Below are positions 61,364 through 64,000 of a stretch of DNA of 64,000 bases, piece by piece; the first letter of the stretch is position 1; each line of letters begins with the position of its first letter. Origin of the DNA: Promethearchaeota archaeon Loki_b31 (GTDB lineage Archaea; Asgardarchaeota; Lokiarchaeia; Sigyniarchaeales; SOKP01); the NCBI GenBank assembly GCA_005222975.1, contig NJBI01000008.1, positions 1-64,000 on the forward strand. The letters are read 5' to 3'. The position numbers and the translations under genes were made by a program. Below the pieces are notes generated by a model. It was not told where the DNA came from, searched no databases, and saw nothing but the letters and a program-made list of their open reading frames with translations.

Positions 61364-61564
61364 ATGCCTAAGATGACAAAAACTCTTGAGTTTTGGAAAG
61401 GGGAAAGAATAGCTATACCGACAAGTAAAATATATAAATGTCAAAGATGTGAATATAAAACCAAATGTGGTGAAATTTATCTTTTAAATCATTATGCTCA
61501 GCCTTTCATTCCGAGAAGGGAGACTCTAATAGATTTTTGTCTTTTAAACTTTGATTCAATCTAA
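61364..61564 (+). pseudogene. Cas4/Exo5-like nuclease C-terminal Cys-cluster fragment
   Basis: FWKGER...P....KCQRCEYKTKC; no nuclease core. Confidence 0.45.
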
Positions 61565-61676
61565 CCCTCTCATTTGCTCCCTTCTCAATTTACTTTTACA
61601 AAAACACGATGGAATCAATAGGGCTTCCCGATTGACCGTAAACACTAAAATTTAAAACAAAAAATGGCAAAAAACT

Positions 61677-62324
61677 ATGAGAGTTATGAGAGAAAACATA
61701 AAAATTGTTTTAATTGGAATATTAGTTTTTACTGGGGGATTGGCGTTAGGAAGTTTTGTGATGATTGGTATAAAAACGCAAGAACTACAAGATGTTCAGA
61801 ACGACGCAGATTATTGGGAAAATCGATACAACAACCTTTTAGGCGATTACAACGATTTATTGGATGATTACAACATTTTGTTTGGCGATTACCAATCGAT
61901 ATTAAGCGTATTGGAAGACCCTCTAACAAACCCAGTATTACCGACTAATAGCGAGCTTTATTATTGGTTAGAAGACGACAATACGGACACACATAAATAT
62001 ACTGAAAATTGGCGAAGTGGAGATTTTTCCGCAATGCTTATGGTTAGAGCTAAAGAAATGAACTGGCGAATGAGAATATCTTGTATGTTTTGGAGCTATG
62101 ACGGTGATGTCGGTTGGCAAGACCCTGCCGAGCCTTACGGTTCATACGGACACGCTTTTAATGTAATATTGTGTCAAGATTGCGATGGCGATGGTAATGA
62201 AGATTGGTTATATGTCGAACCACAAACCGATAGAGTGTGGTATGTAATTATTGGAGCTGAATCTTTTGTTCATTACGACATTTGGCTAACTTTTACTGGC
62301 GGAATAACGGGGACTGTGTGTTAA
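61677..62324 (+). CDS. Membrane-anchored coiled-coil protein with papain/transglutaminase-like domain
   Basis: N-terminal TM, YNxLLxD heptads, SGDFS / GHAFNV / YVEPQTD. Confidence 0.7.
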   Translation: MRVMRENIKIVLIGILVFTGGLALGSFVMIGIKTQELQDVQNDADYWENRYNNLLGDYNDLLDDYNILFGDYQSILSVLEDPLTNPVLPTNSELYYWLEDDNTDTHKYTENWRSGDFSAMLMVRAKEMNWRMRISCMFWSYDGDVGWQDPAEPYGSYGHAFNVILCQDCDGDGNEDWLYVEPQTDRVWYVIIGAESFVHYDIWLTFTGGITGTVC

Positions 62325-62347
62325 GGAAACAATGGAAATAATGAAAA

Positions 62348-62383
62348 ATATTGATAATATTATAGATATTGATAATATTATAG
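62348..62383. repeat. 18-bp tandem duplication (ATATTGATAATATTATAG x2)
   Basis: Seen directly. Confidence 0.85.
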
Positions 62384-62479
62384 ATCAATATGGTGGATGG
62401 CCGATAGAATAATGAATAAAAAAAATTAATATTAAAAAAAAAAAAAAGCGAGATAAAAATAAAGAAGCTTAAAGATTCT

Positions 62480-62989
62480 GTGGAAATCAATGTTCCGCCA
62501 GAGAGAGTATGGAAAAGTGATAAATTAGATCAAGAAACAAAGGAATTGATGAGAAAAAAAGTTGAGGAACATTTTTCAAAGGAAGAACAAGTATTAGACT
62601 TTATCTTAAATCTTGATCCAGATAGTCTAACTTTGGATTCTACAATTCTAAAATTAGAAGCATTAAGAACACAAGGTCAAAAAATTAAAGATAAGTAATA
62701 TAAACGGAAATTAGGCATTGCTCAGTATCTTGAGAAGATAGTTTTGCGGAAAATCGCTTATATGTGTTTAAAATATAAGATTCATCGAGCCATTTTTGAA
62801 TTGAGTAACGGAATGGATAAAATTTTAGAATTGTTAGAGAGATTACCTTTTTTTAACACTTACTATCTTTTGCATAAAGGATTGGACGATATTCCAGACC
62901 ACCCCATCAATTCTCATGATTTACAAGACAGCTATAGCTTTTGTTTTGCACTTCCATACTGTGATTATGTTGCTGGTGAGATGCCTTAA
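62480..62989 (+). pseudogene. Fragmented hypothetical gene(s)
   Basis: Two short co-oriented ORFs; the second ends HDLQD....ALPYCDYV (weakly PIN-like). Confidence 0.3.
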
Positions 62990-63091
62990 AAAACAAAGAA
63001 AAGCTAATAAAAATCGTTAAGAACGTATTAGATTAAGTAATTACTACCTTAGTACTACTTTAGAAGGGTCTAAATTACAAGTCAAGTAGAG

Positions 63092-63129
63092 CTTTTTTAT
63101 TTTCATTTATCTTTTTTATTTTCATTTAT
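63092..63129. repeat. 19-bp tandem duplication (CTTTTTTATTTTCATTTAT x2)
   Basis: Seen directly. Confidence 0.85.
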
Positions 63130-63300
63130 CTATGGATTGCAGCTCTATTTTTTACTATAAAATATAAAAAAATTAAATATTCCAAGAAAGAAAAACTAAT
63201 TACTATAGAGTCTGACGAAAACTCCGAGAAAGATGACCTTGGAGATAATTTTATAATTAACAAAGAGTTAGAATCTAAAATTAATAATATCCTTGAGAAA

Positions 63301-64000
63301 ATGAAATCTAACTTTAGATTATTTCAACTGCTTAATTTTATTCTAATTATTCCTGTTCCGCTTTTAGTAATGAATTTAATACTGTCAATGGTAACTTTGT
63401 ATCAATTATTAGTATTAAATTATGTATTTACGAATCTTATAGCGTTTATTTCATATCAATCAGTATTGTTATTTCTAAATTTATTCGTCTTCTTTATTGA
63501 AGGATTAAGGATAATTGATTTCTTAATCATTTATAGAATTAATCAAAACTTAGAAAACGTATTTAGTAAAAGGATAGATAGATATTTGGACCAATTTAAG
63601 GAATATAGTAGTACAAATATTAAGGAACTTTATGTAGATAAGGAAAAATTATTATTCTCGCTAAACAATTGGAATGAACTCTATCTAGGAACTTTTTTTA
63701 ATTCAGCCGAATCTAATCTAAAGATTTCTGATTTTAGGGATTTATTATTTATTGAAGATAATGAGCAATATTATGCGTATATATTCTCGAATCTAAAACA
63801 TCGACTTCTTGATTATCTTAGTTATAACGTAATTGAAGGTAAAATCAATGAAAACAAGGAGAACTTGACTAATGTATTACTAATAATTGAAAACATCATT
63901 AATAAACTAGATTATAACATCAAACTTACTAATCAAATTCTAAAAAATAAACATGAAAGAAAAAAAATGATTACAACATGGCTAAGAATTATTAATAGCC
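63301..64000 (+). CDS. Partial membrane protein, runs off the window end
   Basis: Frame open from 63064 to the end; first ATG at 63301; hydrophobic segments. Confidence 0.55.
   Translation, partial: MKSNFRLFQLLNFILIIPVPLLVMNLILSMVTLYQLLVLNYVFTNLIAFISYQSVLLFLNLFVFFIEGLRIIDFLIIYRINQNLENVFSKRIDRYLDQFKEYSSTNIKELYVDKEKLLFSLNNWNELYLGTFFNSAESNLKISDFRDLLFIEDNEQYYAYIFSNLKHRLLDYLSYNVIEGKINENKENLTNVLLIIENIINKLDYNIKLTNQILKNKHERKKMITTWLRIINS

Larger units (their letters stand above)
49704..62324. mobile_element. Putative integrated mobile element remnant (giant gene plus small DNA-binding genes)
   Basis: Abrupt end of housekeeping genes, giant gene, cluster of short orphan ORFs, compositional shift; no integrase or att sites seen; boundaries approximate. 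Confidence 0.5.

Noticed and set aside
62348-63129. Short tandem repeats as a CRISPR array or iterons
   Set aside because: Only two adjacent copies each and no spacers; typical slippage duplications. No CRISPR array was seen anywhere in the window

Overview
AT-rich archaeal chromosome segment whose gene content points to Asgard archaea, most likely Lokiarchaeia (ESCRT-II/III/Vps4 cluster, longin/roadblock proteins, Loki-style LRR proteins). It has three zones. (1) ~1-7900: a decaying sugar-catabolism patch (two MalK C-terminal fragments, a duplicated oxidoreductase 3' end, a broken epimerase, an intact Gfo/Idh/MocA gene and aldo/keto reductase), followed by a DDE transposase carrying an AT-hook. 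(2) ~8000-49700: mostly intact housekeeping genes. These include a sirtuin, radical SAM, rubrerythrin, a non-pyrrolysine MttB split by an in-frame TAA plus corrinoid protein and MtaA-like partner, NikR/LarB/LarC, a face-to-face-type histone, pgk, tRNA-Val(GAC), a tRNA-Gly(GCC) with two non-canonical introns, the ESCRT cluster, Nip7, Nop2, CyaB and glgP. A perfect 206-bp copy of part of the vps25 gene also lies here. (3) ~49700-64000: a putative integrated mobile element remnant. It carries a 5'-truncated giant gene (~3,100 codons, split by one in-frame TAA), small DNA-binding genes including an HMG-box-like protein, a structured intergenic segment, a Cas4-like fragment and a membrane-anchored papain/transglutaminase-like protein. 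All family calls come from motif recognition by eye; no database searches were run.
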